Shown here piece by piece: positions 48,736 to 61,435 of a DNA stretch of 64,000 bases. Position numbers and translations under genes: made by a program. Source of the stretch: Entomortierella parvispora E1425 (lineage: Eukaryota; Fungi; Mortierellomycota); contig BQFW01000011.1 of assembly GCA_020891255.1 (NCBI GenBank), positions 1,240,001 through 1,304,000 on the forward strand. The letters are read 5' to 3'. The stretch's first letter is position 1, and the number at the start of each line of letters is the position of its first letter. The notes under the pieces are model-generated. The model saw nothing but the letters and a program-made list of their open reading frames with translations. It was not told the DNA's origin and made no database searches.

Positions 48736-49560
48736 AAAAATCATTGTTCAACAGTATTTACATCGTAATAATATATAATAGTTTGTTTTCTTTTTTCTTC
48801 GAAACATTGAACAAACATCTTTCGTGAACGTTGCCGCGAGCGAGCAGAATTGGCGAGAAACGACGCTGTCTTGGTTCTTAAATTGTAAACAATGAGAGAC
48901 AAAAGAAGTTCCTTCCCCTTTAATCGTTCTCGACCTTCTTTTCTCGCGCGTTCTTCTCGTGTTCATTTTATCTTTATTTTTTTTGCCCGGCGTTTTGGTA
49001 CTGGTGGGTCGTACAGCACCATGGCCATATTCTAGGCAATGCAAAAGTGCAACAAAACAAAAATCGCCATCGATGTGTGGATCCATCGTGTGCACCCACC
49101 TAACCCGTGGGTCAACAACGTCCCAAACATCCGGGAATTCCTCCGCTTGCCCTTTTCTCAACTCAAACGGACAGATTGAATAGCCTTGCACCTACCGCAC
49201 AGGGCCAAATGGGCAATAAACAAGTGCTCTTGACTTTTTTTTTTTTTTTTTTTTTTTTTCCTGCTCCAGTGAGGATGGATGATCGCATTGACACAAACAA
49301 AAATCGACAGGGCACGCCACTCGGACCTCCTTGCCTTCCTTTTCAGGCAGGTTCGTGTCCACATCACGCTACCTTGCACAAAGCAGATTGGGGATTGCTC
49401 CTCACAAACACACCTCTGGCGCAATGATGCGCAGAAAAAAGACGAGCGGGGAAAATCGATGATCACACTTCCCCTGGACGATTTTTTTTTGTCTCTCTTT
49501 TATTTCCTCCTTTCCCTCCCCAACTCCTTCTTGCCCTCCTTCTTTTTCGTCTTTCCTTCA

Positions 49561-49596
49561 CTGACACCTTCACTGACACCTTCGCTGACACCTTCC
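49561..49596 (+). repeat. 12-mer tandem repeat (CTGACACCTTCN)x3 in the F-box gene leader
   Basis: Directly visible. Confidence 0.85.
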
Positions 49597-49809
49597 TCCC
49601 TGCTTATTGTTTTCCCCAACATTTCCTTTATTCTCACGACTCAAGTGGAGTGAATGCTGCTGTCATCGCGATTTTCGTTTCACTCTGGTCCCTCTCCGCC
49701 TCAACTTCCCCCTCTTCCCTCTTCATCTTTATCTTCCTCCCCACCCTCCAAGGATACCACCACCGCCGCCGCCAACGTCTGCTCCGTCCCAAGCTCCACC
49801 TCGGCCACC

Positions 49810-51183
49810 ATGTCAAGTCCGATCCTCTACCAAAATCGCTTCCCAACCGAACTCTGGCGCCTCGTCCTCCAAGACCTCTCGACGCTGGATCTCTTCAGTC
49901 TCTACAACACGTCCCACCGCATGCGTCATCTCTCGGCCCCGTTCCTGGTCCAAGCCATGGCGACCAAGTCTCTCAGGTTATTTTTTTACCAGGAATACGT
50001 CCGTCGCGTCGGGATCCGGTTCGTGTTTGATTCGTTTGATCTGGCGAGGGACCGGGTGATCTTTCGACCGCAGACTGTCCACAACCAATACCGGTTCCGA
50101 TCCGGTCTGACGCTGCAGAACCCTCAGTTGGAGGAAGTGGCGATCAAAAGTGCCGCCGTGGGGATCGACTTGTCGAAACAGCGAGTCCATTGTCGGGAGG
50201 GCCGATACTTTACCATCCGGGAGGCGCCTGCCTCGAGTCTTTTGACCAAGAAATCATCCCACAACAGTAGCAGGACTCTGGAAGGAGGAGGAGCAGAGGG
50301 AGCAGAACCAGGACCAGGACCAGGAGGCGATGGATTCGTCCCCAAGAGACGCACGGTGGACGAAAAGGGCTACCAGGGCAACAAAAACTTTTTGGACAAG
50401 TCATGTCCAGTTCATATTCGACGGCATGGGATCCGTAAAGTGGACGGCAGTCGGTACTCGTTCCTGCAGGATTATCCATGGTCGCTGCATTATCAGGTCG
50501 AGAGTGAACCTCTGGACTCGACCCCCAGTGACAGCAGTAGCGGCCAGGGTCATGGCCATGGTAGCGGTGAAGGAGAACGGCGTGACAGTGGAACAGAGAG
50601 TGGGAATATTTCCTCGGGGGATGACAGCGCCCATTTCCCTTTGCCGTCCTCACCTGCTGTTGATTCCGATTCGCCGTCCGAGCTCATCGCCCTCTCACAA
50701 ACCAGCCCGCCATCGATAACAGGACCCCCTCAGTGTACAGCAGCGACGCCACGCAAAGGAGGCAACAACAGCAGTAGCAGTAGCAGTAGCAGTAGCGGCG
50801 GCCACAGCGGGCCAAGGTACTTTCGCGCGTTGCGGTTCGAGTGCAGCATGAACTTTTTGGATCCCAGACGGGCGACTCGGAACATTATCGGTCGATGGCT
50901 CGAGGGCAAGATGCAGCACTGGAAACGGGTGCTGGGAGGACGGCGCTATGGGATCTTGCCCTCTCCTTCGTCCGGATCAGGAAAAGCAATCGCGTCTCTG
51001 CCTCCAGTTTCGCTTTCGATGGGTCGTCATGATCGCTTGGATCCAGGACCTTTTCATGATGCGGACAGCTTAGGTAGATCAGAGGCGACTCCTGCGGTGG
51101 AAGCACCGGCAGCAGAGGCAGTTTCTACTCCTTCTTCGACAACGACGATGATGCAATTGGGACAGGAGGTGCATGCCTTCTAG
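49810..51183 (+). CDS. F-box domain protein
   Basis: N-terminal RFPTELWRLVLQDLSTLDLFSLYNTSHRMR matches the F-box pattern; remainder unrecognised; intronless. Confidence 0.75.
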   Translation: MSSPILYQNRFPTELWRLVLQDLSTLDLFSLYNTSHRMRHLSAPFLVQAMATKSLRLFFYQEYVRRVGIRFVFDSFDLARDRVIFRPQTVHNQYRFRSGLTLQNPQLEEVAIKSAAVGIDLSKQRVHCREGRYFTIREAPASSLLTKKSSHNSSRTLEGGGAEGAEPGPGPGGDGFVPKRRTVDEKGYQGNKNFLDKSCPVHIRRHGIRKVDGSRYSFLQDYPWSLHYQVESEPLDSTPSDSSSGQGHGHGSGEGERRDSGTESGNISSGDDSAHFPLPSSPAVDSDSPSELIALSQTSPPSITGPPQCTAATPRKGGNNSSSSSSSSSGGHSGPRYFRALRFECSMNFLDPRRATRNIIGRWLEGKMQHWKRVLGGRRYGILPSPSSGSGKAIASLPPVSLSMGRHDRLDPGPFHDADSLGRSEATPAVEAPAAEAVSTPSSTTTMMQLGQEVHAF

Positions 51184-51489
51184 TGCAGTAGCGACAATAA
51201 AAGAATAGAAGAAAAAGAAAGGAACAAGCGAGTAAAACACGTGGCATTACAAGAATGTGACCCGAATGGTGTTATTATGTTATCATGGCTCTTTGTTCAG
51301 GTCCTTTTTTTCTTTTGTCCGTTCTGTTCTGTTCTGTTCTCTTTACGCATTCATTCATTCATTCATCCACCCATCCTCATCTTTATCCTCATCCTCATCC
51401 TCTCGCTCCTTCATCTTTATCCGCATTCTTGGCAAGGCTACGCTGCTTGGGACATCTCCTTTCTTCACTCCATTCCTAGTCACCGATTA

Positions 51490-54400
51490 ATGCTCTCGCA
51501 CTCGCATTCTGCCAGCCAGCCTTTCGACCCTGCCAACGCAATGTCCCATTCCGACCTGCCTTCCCATGCAGCTGAGAACAATGTCCCCAAGGACGACCAT
51601 GACCACACCTTTGCCCCCTCGCCAGAACCCGTACGTTATCTGATCGACTGTGCCTGAAAGAGTCTGTGCCCCGCGTGCCCAGGAGGAAGGGGTGCAGGCA
51701 GCGCCCTACCCACTAGCCAAGGCACACGGACCCTTTTTTTTGTCGCCTTTATTTTTGTACTGACCATGGTCAATGTCCTTGCATTGCTTCTTGTCTCTGG
51801 ACCCCGAACATGACATTATAGATTCGATGGTTCCATGCTGTCGACTCGCCTCTGACGAAACCCAATGAACCCAAAAAGAATGCAAAGACCCCCACTCCGC
51901 CAAGGAAACCGGCTACCACTTGGGTGCCTTTCAGTTTACGGGACTCGAATGCACTCGAGCGTGCCTATGCACTCTCACAACCCCTGCGGGATGAGAAAAA
52001 GGCGGCCGCTTCTGGCATGGTCGCGGAGGGGGGAGAGACTCTAGCGGAAGGATCTGGACATGGACACCACAGGCATGACGCGCCTCTCAAGCTGCAGCTT
52101 CCAGACTCGACAGGATCTACCGTCTCTTCCAGCTCGACGAGTTCACATCATTCGCATTCGTCGTGGGGATCGGCTTCCACGGTGCTCGTGAACGAGGATT
52201 ATCTGTTTGAAGTGTGTATCCACAAGATGGAGATCCGTCCGGTAAGCAGAAAAAACACAATGGGCCTTTTTTTTTTTTTTTTTTTTTTTTTTTACATTTT
52301 TCGCCCAAAAGTTCGTTATGCTGACACATGCTATATCCCTATTGCCTTCTTTCGTCATTCAATTTGTCAGGTGTATTGGGTTGGACCAACCTATGAAGTC
52401 AGGCGATCGGTTTGGTTCCTCCAGCTCGACGGCAAATTTGTTCCCTGCGAGGCCAACCTTTCGCAACAGATCGAATATGGATACAAGTAAGGGTCTGGGT
52501 GGACAGTGCGCCTGCGGAAAAGGCTGTTGTTCCGCCATGCAATGTCGTGATGGTTATCCACAGTTCTAACCTCTTTGGGTACATTTATTCCTTGATAGCA
52601 AACACCAACCTTGGATCGTAACCCCGCCAGTATTGGATGCAGCAGGAAAGGAAATCACAGAGGACAAGCCAGAAAAGAGCTGGGCACTCTTGGGAAAATA
52701 CATTTCTCAATATGTCGTCTTTTCGGATGCTCACCATGCTTGGCTTTTGAGGTAAGGGTCAACCTTGTCAGAATTTACGGATAAATACGTTCTTGAGGAT
52801 GCCCCCTGGTATTTCAAAGAAAAAATAAGAGAAAGATCACTCACACAGGTTCCTCTTCCTCCTTTTTGGACGATTCATTCCCACACACAGTGACGACTTG
52901 ACGAGTAAAGTGGCCAAGAGTATCTTTACCAAAGTCACATGGAACGCAAATCTAGGAGGAGCACGTCTTATTCGCGGCTGGGATGAGGTCGAGAACTTTG
53001 TATCCAAAAAGGCGTCCGAGGAAGCGGCGCAAAAAAAGAAGGATGGATCCGACCCCAAGAAGAAGGAAACATCCGAGATGCAAAAGAAGCGCGAGGTAGC
53101 CCAATCGCTAAAGAACAAGAGCAAGCGGTTGACCGAGGAGGAAAAAGACACGATTCAGGAATCGCACGAGATGGGCGACTATTCCAACGAGGAAGAGAAC
53201 GAGGAGCGGATCATTGATCATTTGGTCTTGGTCATTCATGGAGTGGGTCAAAAATTGGGCGATCGCATGGAGGCTATTAATTTTATCCATGACGTGAACG
53301 TTATGCGAAGGACCATCAAGGAGACAGCCGCAACTTTTGCACCTCCCAGTGCCCCAAGTGCTGTTGCCAATGCTGCTGCCACCGCAGCTACTGGTGCAAC
53401 CAAGGATCACATCATTTCAGAAAAGGACAAGGAGGGAGCAACGCCCAAGATGGCTCCCAAAAACCCTTACGCGATGCCAACAGGATCTGGAGTACAGGTT
53501 TTGCCGGTTGAGTGGAGACGACAAATTGTGTTTGGAATGGCGAACGAGGACGAGGAGCTTCAGCGGGATCTGAGTACTCCTGAGGCAGAAGAGGGATGCC
53601 CCACAATGGAGGACATCATGCTGGATGGCGTACCGACTATCCGCATGCTGGTTTCCGATGTTCTCATGGATGGTAAGCAAACATTGCTAGGGACTCTAAT
53701 GCCATATGTTACTTTTAGTTCAGTTGCACTGGCTGACATTTTTTTTATATATGAATTTAGTTCTCTTGTACATGACCCCCAGCTACAAGCGCAAAATGAT
53801 GGAGGTGGTTACGGCCGAGCTCAACCATGTCTACGCAAAATTCATTCGTCACAACCCCGATTTCATCCGCAGAGGAGGAAAAGTCTCAATCCTGGGTCAT
53901 TCCTTGGGCTCCTTGCTGGCTCTGGATATCTTGAACCACCAACCCTTCAGCCCGAGCCATTACCAACCTATCCCGTCCTCGCCCGTTTACGAAAAATTCA
54001 TTTCGTTTGAGGAAGGATCGCTTAATCCCGTGTCGCTAGAGTTTCCAGTGACGAATTTCTTTGCGTTGGGAAGCCCTATCGGCCTGTTCCTGCTTCTCAA
54101 GGGATGTAAACTTGGCGCAAGACTGTCGGATTCAAGTGTAACTGGAGAATCTACAGCACAGCCTTGTGTTCGACCTGCGGTCGAAAATTTGTACAATATC
54201 TTTCACAGATCTGATCCCGTCGCCCACCGTGTCGAGGTGAGTTGTATTTTGTAATTTCTTTTCGAGTACTTTCTAGTCTGGTTGACTCACAGTCAATGCT
54301 TTCTTTTGTAGCCATTGATTTCACGGTCGTATGGATCCAAGACGCGACCTGCTCTAATTCCTTATCACAAAGGAGGCCTGAAGGGTTTGCATATTGGTAT

Positions 54401-55013
54401 TCAGGATTTCAGCAATGACTTGGCCAACAGGGCGAACACGATGATCGAATCTGTCAAGCAGGGCATCACTACCGCCATGTTTACTCGTGCTCTCGGATTC
54501 AGAACCAACCCAGTCGCGAATGCAGCAGTGATCCATAACGGCAAATTACAGGAGACTGGAGGAAGTAGCACTGGATCTGGATCGACGAGTGACACAGAGA
54601 TGAGCACCATGGGTGATGGAAATGAGCACTCTGCAGACGGCACTTCGACCCCCACCACCACCACCACCACCACCACCACCACAGGTGCTGCTGGCGCCAA
54701 GGATTCACCGAGATTGAACGCAGAAATGAATGATACCCTTAGTAAGGCCAAAGTCCGGGCGCTGAACAAGACGGGACGTGTCGATTATTGTCTTCAAGAG
54801 GGAGTCTTTGAAAACGCCTATCTTTCAGCATTGTCAGGTAAAAAAAGATTTGGACCATTTTTTTTCTCTTGTTGCATGTATCGACTTTTTGTCCGTTTCC
54901 TACCTATCGCTAACCATACCACCTCTTTTTGTTCTGGTCACGTAGTTCATATGCAATACTGGTCGGATAGTGATGTTGCTGCGTTTATCATTCGACAGAC
55001 GTACGATTTGTAG
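51490..55013 (+). CDS. DDHD-domain phospholipase A1 (PA-PLA1/DDL1-like), multi-exon; start could also be 51541
   Basis: WVPFSLRDSNALE, VNEDYLFEV, VYWVGPTYEVRRSVWF, IDHLVLVIHGVGQ, LPVEWR, lipase motif GHSLGS, NFFALGSPIG, NIFHRSDPVAHRVE, HMQYWSDSDVAAFI. Confidence 0.93.
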
Positions 55014-55180
55014 ACTTGAAGATGACCCTTCCTTATTGTAAAATACACGAAAGTGCTCGTTGATTTATTGTACATTCTTTTAGTCCGCTGAACAAAAAAA
55101 AAAGTTGCACTGTCCACTGTCGTCACTCTCTGCAGCAACACTCTGTTGATATTCCTGAAGAGGCGGACGGCTCTTTTGAT

Positions 55181-56485
55181 TTACTTGACTTCATACACAT
55201 CTGCCATTTTCTCCATTGCGATCGCTCGGTGGTGAAGACTCATGGCAAAGAACTCCATCAAGGGTCTCCAACCAGCCTATATCGTGAAAAGACACAAAAG
55301 TTAAAAAGAGGAGAAAAGTGGTGTGAGTACGATGCATTCTCATAAAATTTCTTTTTCTTTCTTTTTTCCTTCTCTTTACCTCGCTGTTGGGCATTCCATG
55401 ACCCATCCCATCGACGATTAATTGTTGCACATTGGCCTTTCCAAAAATACGTTCCAGATGCTTGAGCTTCTCCTTGGCGTCCTTGACGGATCGCAAATCA
55501 TCCTTGTCGCCCTGCATGACCAAGATCTTGGTCATGGACTTTTTGTTGGCCGGTTCCTCATTCTCGGATTCCTCCATCATGTAACCCGCAATACTGACGA
55601 CGCCCCGCAAGGGAATGCCCCCGAACGCAGCCAGGTCCAAAGCAATCTGGGCACCTTGTGAGAACCCAAACAGCATGATGTTGTTGGCGGGGAATTTGCT
55701 GTGGTCGATACAATGTTGAACAAATTTGACCAGCTCTGGGCGGACGACTTGCTTCACTTGTGTAATTCTCTCCTTGTGCTCAGGTCCGAGAACTAGAAAG
55801 AAAAATTACATCCCGTTGCAAAGGCCATACATTACATTAGCTGAAGCAGCAACAAGACAATACACGCATACCCTGTTTTTTTTTTCAACGAAACAAAAAA
55901 AAAAAAAAAAAAAAAAAAAAGTATCCTCGACTTACGTTCTCCAGTCATGATGTTGAACGAAGGGAACCATTGCCATCCAGCCTCCTCCAAGAAGGGGACG
56001 GCGGTGGGGGCCTGAATGCAGACCGTGGCGGTCTGAGGCAAGTTGAGACTCTTGGCCAATTGAACAAAGTTGGGTTCAATCTTGTCCCCCAATCCGTGAA
56101 AGAAGATCAACAGGTTCAGATCGATGCCATCCTGAGAGTGTTCAAATTTGAACTTGAGCTTGGTGCTCGAGGCCAAAGGCTCGGGCTTGAGGTCGGAGGA
56201 AGGGTCATGTTCGACAGGGGTGAGCTTGAGAGGTTTCGAGGGGTCGACGGGGATCTTGGTGCTGGTCGAAGAGGTGGATCCCTTGTTGCTGGTGGTGGTG
56301 GTGGTGGTGGTGGTAGCGCTTTCGAGGGTGGGAGAGGGTTTTCCGGCAGGGGTGCATGCGACCTTGTGTCGGGGCCAGTCCTTGCGCTGACATGCGGATG
56401 AGCAGTAGTGGATCACTTTACATTGTGAGCATCGAGTAATCGAAGGCGTTGCGCAAACGAAGCATGGGGGCTTTGTAGAGGACAT
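55181..56485 (-). CDS. MYND zinc finger fused to a phospholipase/carboxylesterase (acyl-protein-thioesterase-like) domain; 3 exons
   Basis: CFVC..RCSQCKVIHYCSSACQRKDWPRHKVAC in the same exon as LLIFFHGLGD; later exons give GFSQG (Ser), QGDKDD (Asp), GHGMP (His); last exon AGWRPLMEFFAMSL...EVK* ends at 55181. Confidence 0.88.
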
Positions 56486-56707
56486 GGTCGCGCGTGTGTG
56501 AATGGAGTGGGGAATGAAGAATGCCTGCAATGAAAGAAAAAAGGGAACAATAAAGAAAAGAAAAAAAAAAGAAATTGGTGGCGGGTCACGTGGGATGGGT
56601 GAGTGTTAAGGGTCTATTCTGATTTGGGCTCGGTCTTTTCTTCCCTTGTTGCTGCGTGCTCGATTCCTTCCTTCATTCATTCACGACTCGCTCTCATTTG
56701 GACGGAC
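56486..56707. promoter_or_regulatory. Compact bidirectional promoter with a GTCACGTG E-box at 56585-56592
   Basis: Only 222 bp separate the divergent ATGs of the MYND-hydrolase and CHL1; contains GTCACGTG and a CGCGCG element. Confidence 0.5.
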
Positions 56708-59700
56708 ATGGACCTCTGGGATTCCCTCTTTGACGCGGACAAGCAGGAATCGCGGCCGGAGGAGAAGCCGTTGTCCGTTCCAGAGTCGTTTCCCGCGTTT
56801 CCTTATCCAACACCCTACTCAATCCAGACTGATTTCATGAAGCAGCTCTTTCAATGTATCGATCAACGCAAGGTCGGCATTTTCGAGTCCCCTACGGGAA
56901 CCGGAAAATCCTTGAGCATGATCTGCGGTGCGGTCAGTTGGCTTGTCGAGCGTGAAAAGGCCGAGCAGCAGCAGATCGAGGAGGATCAAAAGGAACAGAC
57001 GAATCCTCAGAGCAGCAAAAATGGATCCAAATCCGGGACAAATGACAGTACCCCGGACTGGGTGCAACAACACCGTGCCCTTTCTGATGCAGCGATCGAA
57101 CGACAAGAGCGAGAGCAACGACGACGCGAGCTGGAGGAGCGGGTGGAAAGGATCAGGATCCGAGAAAAGAAAATGAGAGACAATTTGGCCCGCAAGATGA
57201 AACGACAGGCACAGGGACTGGCACCTGGCTCAGCCTTCAAATTAGGAGCAGGGCAGGCAAAGAAGAAGGTAACTATACTTGGTCTATAGTCTTCACGGAA
57301 GATCAATGTTTCCTCATGAGATATCGTCGCTCACCAACACTTGCCTCTGCCACTGAAATAGAAAGGGCTGGATTCGGATGAAGAGGATGCAGAGGATGCA
57401 GAGTTCCTTGTAGACGATTATCACAGTGATGAGGAAAACAAACGAGGAGGTCGAACCAAAGGCGGAGATTCCGCTTTCGGGAATGTCTCCAAAGAAGTGC
57501 TAGAGCTTTTGAAAAGGTACGCGTGCACTTTCATCAGTCATTTCAACCATGATACACATGCATGTATTAATCCAAGGTACACACGACTAGTTTTGACCAA
57601 AAGGAATCATCCCATAATGCGCGTGGAAAGTTTGGGATTGAAGATGAGGAACCGGATGTGCTCAAGGTATGTCAACAAATTTTGTCCGCCCCTTTGATCT
57701 CGATTTTTTTTTCTTTTTTTGATACTCACCTTAATGATCTTTTGCATAGATATACTACTGCTCCAGGACACATTCACAGCTATCGCAATTTGTGGACGAA
57801 CTTCGAAAGACATCCTACGGCGAGCATCTACACGTCGTATCACTGGGATCGAGAAAGTCACTGTGTATTAACGAGAAATTTCGACAAAAATCTTCTTCAA
57901 AACCCAATCGATCGGCCGACCCGGTTGTCAGTGTCAACAAACTCAACGACGCCTGCCTAGATGCGCAAAAATCAGGGACACCTTCGAATCAGCGATGTGA
58001 ATTTCTTCATACCCCAACAACGTCCTACAGTGGAGGCGCAACAGGACTATCTGGGTCTCTTCTAGAGGCAGGCGAGAGCGACGAGAAAATTCTTCAGTTC
58101 CGAGACCACGCGCTGGCGCGTGTTCGGGATATTGAAGAGTTGGCAGAGCTGGGATCTGAGCTGGAAACATGCCCTTATTATGGGTCGCGACAAACTGTCA
58201 GGCATTGTCAGTTGGTGACCCTCCCATACAATTTGCTGCTACACTCGTCGACACGGGAATCACTAAAGCTTGTGATCAAGGACAACATTCTGCTCCTGGA
58301 CGAGGCACACAACCTGATCAACAGTTTATTGCAGATGCACTCTGTCACGCTTACTCTCCAACAAGTTATTTTGGCGCAGGATCAACTCCGAGTTTACCTG
58401 GAACGATACGAAACCCGTCTGTCGACTGTGAACGAAGGATACATTCGAGTACTAATCCGGATCCTCACCTGCCTACAACAATTTATTACAAAATGGCAAA
58501 CGGGTGGTCAGGAGGACAACTCCTCAGCAAAACCCTCGATGACAGCTGGACCTACACCTCTCCAGCCGCCCTCTAAACCACGCCCTTCGAGACCAGCGGA
58601 TAGAGTAATGAGGGTGAACGAGTTTCTACATGACTCTGGCGTGGACCACATCAACTTGTTCAAAGCGCACGCTTATTTGGAAACGAGCAGTGTTGCAAGG
58701 AAACTTCAGGGATTTCACGAATCGCTGCAGCGGAAAGAAGCAAAGCGCTTGGCCAAGGAACAGGAGAAAAATGTGGGGTCAACACCAAGAGGTCGTGTTG
58801 AAATTCACCGAGGCAAGAGCGTTGCGTTTCAAAAAACAGGAGCATCATTAACGGCGCCCTCAGCTCCAACGACTCCTGTATTACTTCTTGTCGATGCGTT
58901 CCTGATGAGCTTGCTGAACGCGGACAACGATGGTCGTATCATTCTTACTTTGGAGGAGGAGGCGACAAGTCAGACAGAGAGTGAGGACGGCAGTCCTCTG
59001 TCGACAGCAGAAACAGATTCAAGGACTCCTGGCGCTCGGAAACCGGTTCTGAAGTTCATGCTTCTGAATCCTGCGAACGTTTTTAAGCCATTGGTCGAGG
59101 AAGCGCGGAGCGTGGTCTTGGCTGGAGGCACCATGGAGCCAGTATCGGATCTGCTCTCACATTTGTTCCCGTATCTGAAGGAAGACCCTGCGGCCGCTGA
59201 ACCATCACAGTCACTCACTGCACTTCCTCAACCGTCAACACAAGCTATCAGCCACTATCCCAGAATCCATCGATTCTCATGCGGACATGTCATACCGCGC
59301 GAAAACTTGATGACTATAGTCATGGAAAAGGCTCCCACCGGCACTGCTCTGGAGCTCAATTTTGCAACCCGGAATCTGGATCAAGTCATGGACAGTATTG
59401 GTCAGTCCCTTGTGAATGTGCTGAATATGATTCCTGATGGGGTCGTCGTGTTTTTTGTCTCTTATTCATACATGGCGCAGGTGTTGACGCGATGGGGGGT
59501 TAAGTCAGGTCCTACCACAACGTCCATTCTGGAGAGGATTCAAGCCAAGAAGCGAGTGTTTGTAGAGCCTAGAGAAGCCACTAAAGCGGATAAAATGCTC
59601 AAAGAGTACCAGGACTGTATTCTGGCGCACCCAGAGCATGCAGTTGCGGGATCAAGTGTGGCCAGTGGTCCTCGAGGTGCAGTATTATTCTCTGTAGTTG

Positions 59701-60176
59701 GAGGCAAGATGAGTGAGGGCATCAACTTTTCGGATCGACTTGGCCGAGGTGTTGTGATGGTGGGGATGCCCTTCCCGAACAAAGGATCCGCAGAGTTACA
59801 GGAGCGAATGCGGTATATGGACCAGGTCCAGGAGCAGGAACTCTTGCAGTTACGGCAGAAAAAGGTCAATGCTTTGTCGACACCTTCTACTCCAATGACA
59901 ACAAATCATGCGTCACTCCCTCGAATGACTGCAGGATCCGAGTATTATGAGAACTTGTGCATGAGGGCTGTGAACCAGTCAATTGGCCGTGCTATCCGAC
60001 ACCAAGGGGATTACGCTGTGATTGTACTCATGGACCGACGATATGGAACAGCACGGATCCGAAAGAAGCTGCCTGGCTGGATTGGCTCTTCAATTGAAGT
60101 CTGTGAACAGTTTGGACCCGTAGTAGGGAAACTGGCCGCCTTTTTCAAGACGAAGCGCACTCTGGCGTTGAAATAA
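56708..60176 (+). CDS. CHL1: ATP-dependent DNA helicase CHL1/DDX11 (XPD family, Fe-S), 4 exons
   Basis: FPYPTPYSIQ, FESPTGTGKSLS, IYYCSRTHSQLSQF, SRKSLCIN, Fe-S cysteines (NDACLD, RCEF, CPYY), LDEAHNL, GGTMEP, GKMSEGINF, NLCMRAVNQSIGRAIRH. Confidence 0.97.
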
Positions 60177-60358
60177 AAGCTCTGTACATGTACCACTTTT
60201 TTTCTTTTTTTTTTTCTGCAAGTTGTCAGTTATCAGTAGAGAGGTAGGTCGCGCGAATCTTTTTATTTGGGTTCGCTATGTACAAAAGAGATTCACGAGG
60301 TGCTGCCTCTTTGTTTTTGGAGTCAGAGTTGGCAAGCCGACCTGCTGTTGTTTGGCAT

Positions 60359-60652
60359 TTAGTTGCCGTACTGTTGATCGTACATGATGTTGGCTTGCTG
60401 CTCAGCCTCGTGCTTGGCGCGCTGGCGGTCGAGGGCATCAAGACCCTTGGTCTCGAAGAGCTTGTCGGCCTCGGCGCCTGCCATACCGGCAAACACCTCC
60501 TTGGTGAAGCTGTGCTTGCCACCAACACTGGCCTCGTGCTTCTTCATGGCCGCAAAGGCGGCAGCACCGGCAACGAGCTCGTGGGACCATTTGCTGTGGT
60601 GGGTCTTGCCTCCGTAAACTTGATCGTAAGCGTCTTGGTGGGAGCCGAACAT
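60359..60652 (-). CDS. CipC-like small protein (DUF3759)
   Basis: SKWSHELVAGAAAFAAMK, HSFTKEVFAGMAGAEADKLFETKGLD..DR.RAKHEA, ending YDQQY, the typical CipC pattern. Confidence 0.88.
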   Translation of the reverse strand: MFGSHQDAYDQVYGGKTHHSKWSHELVAGAAAFAAMKKHEASVGGKHSFTKEVFAGMAGAEADKLFETKGLDALDRQRAKHEAEQQANIMYDQQYGN

Positions 60653-61435
60653 TTTGGGATAGAGTGTTGTGTTTTGTGGAAAGGTGTGTGTGTGGGAAAA
60701 GGTGAATGGGTGAGAGGGATGAGGATGGATTGGTCGACAGTCTTTTTATACCCTTTTTTTTTTTCTCAATCTCTTCTATCATGTTCTGACGATAGATGAA
60801 GAGTCCGTGTCCAAGTGCCCATGCATTTCCATGCTTGGACCGCATGATGATGACACTGGAAATAAATGGAGCGGCCCTCTCTTCTGGAGCAAAAAAAAAA
60901 GAACATAAGAGAAAACTTGTCTTTCCGCACGTTCTCTTTTGGATACGTTCAAATAGAGAAGGCCCTTGCCTTTATTTCTCCACTAACCTGTTCCAAGCAT
61001 GAAAGGAAAAAAAAAGGCAGGAAAGTAAAGAAAAAAAAGAAGGAAAAACTGAAAACGGTTTCCCACGCACTAGGATGATTGACCCAAGGGAGGGTTCAAC
61101 GACCTTGAAGTGTCGACATGATGACAACATCCAGGGAAAGGAAGGGAAAGGAACAAAGAAAATCAGCTTGTGCACCCATGGACGGTTGCTCCCAAGGAGG
61201 GAGACGCGTCGTATGCTCCATCCTCCATCCTACGAAGGGTGCAGAAGCAAGTCACATCCTTGCGCAAAAAAATGACGCGTGTTCACAGGCAACGCGGCCT
61301 TGAGGCTCATCCACAGCATTGCCCAACGGACATTCTTCATTCTCATTCACTCGCCCTCTCTCCCTCTCTCCTTCTCTCTCCTTTTCTCTCTTTCTCTCTC
61401 TCTCTTTCTCTATCGCCCTCACATCACGGAACAGG

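Noticed and set aside
42381-49596. Short tandem repeats as CRISPR-like arrays
   Set aside because: Units are contiguous with no unique spacers, in a eukaryotic context.
33888-56485. Lipid-metabolism gene cluster (ABHD, carboxylase, DDHD, thioesterase)
   Set aside because: Genes are interspersed with unrelated ones over more than 20 kb, and no shared motif or pathway logic is visible.
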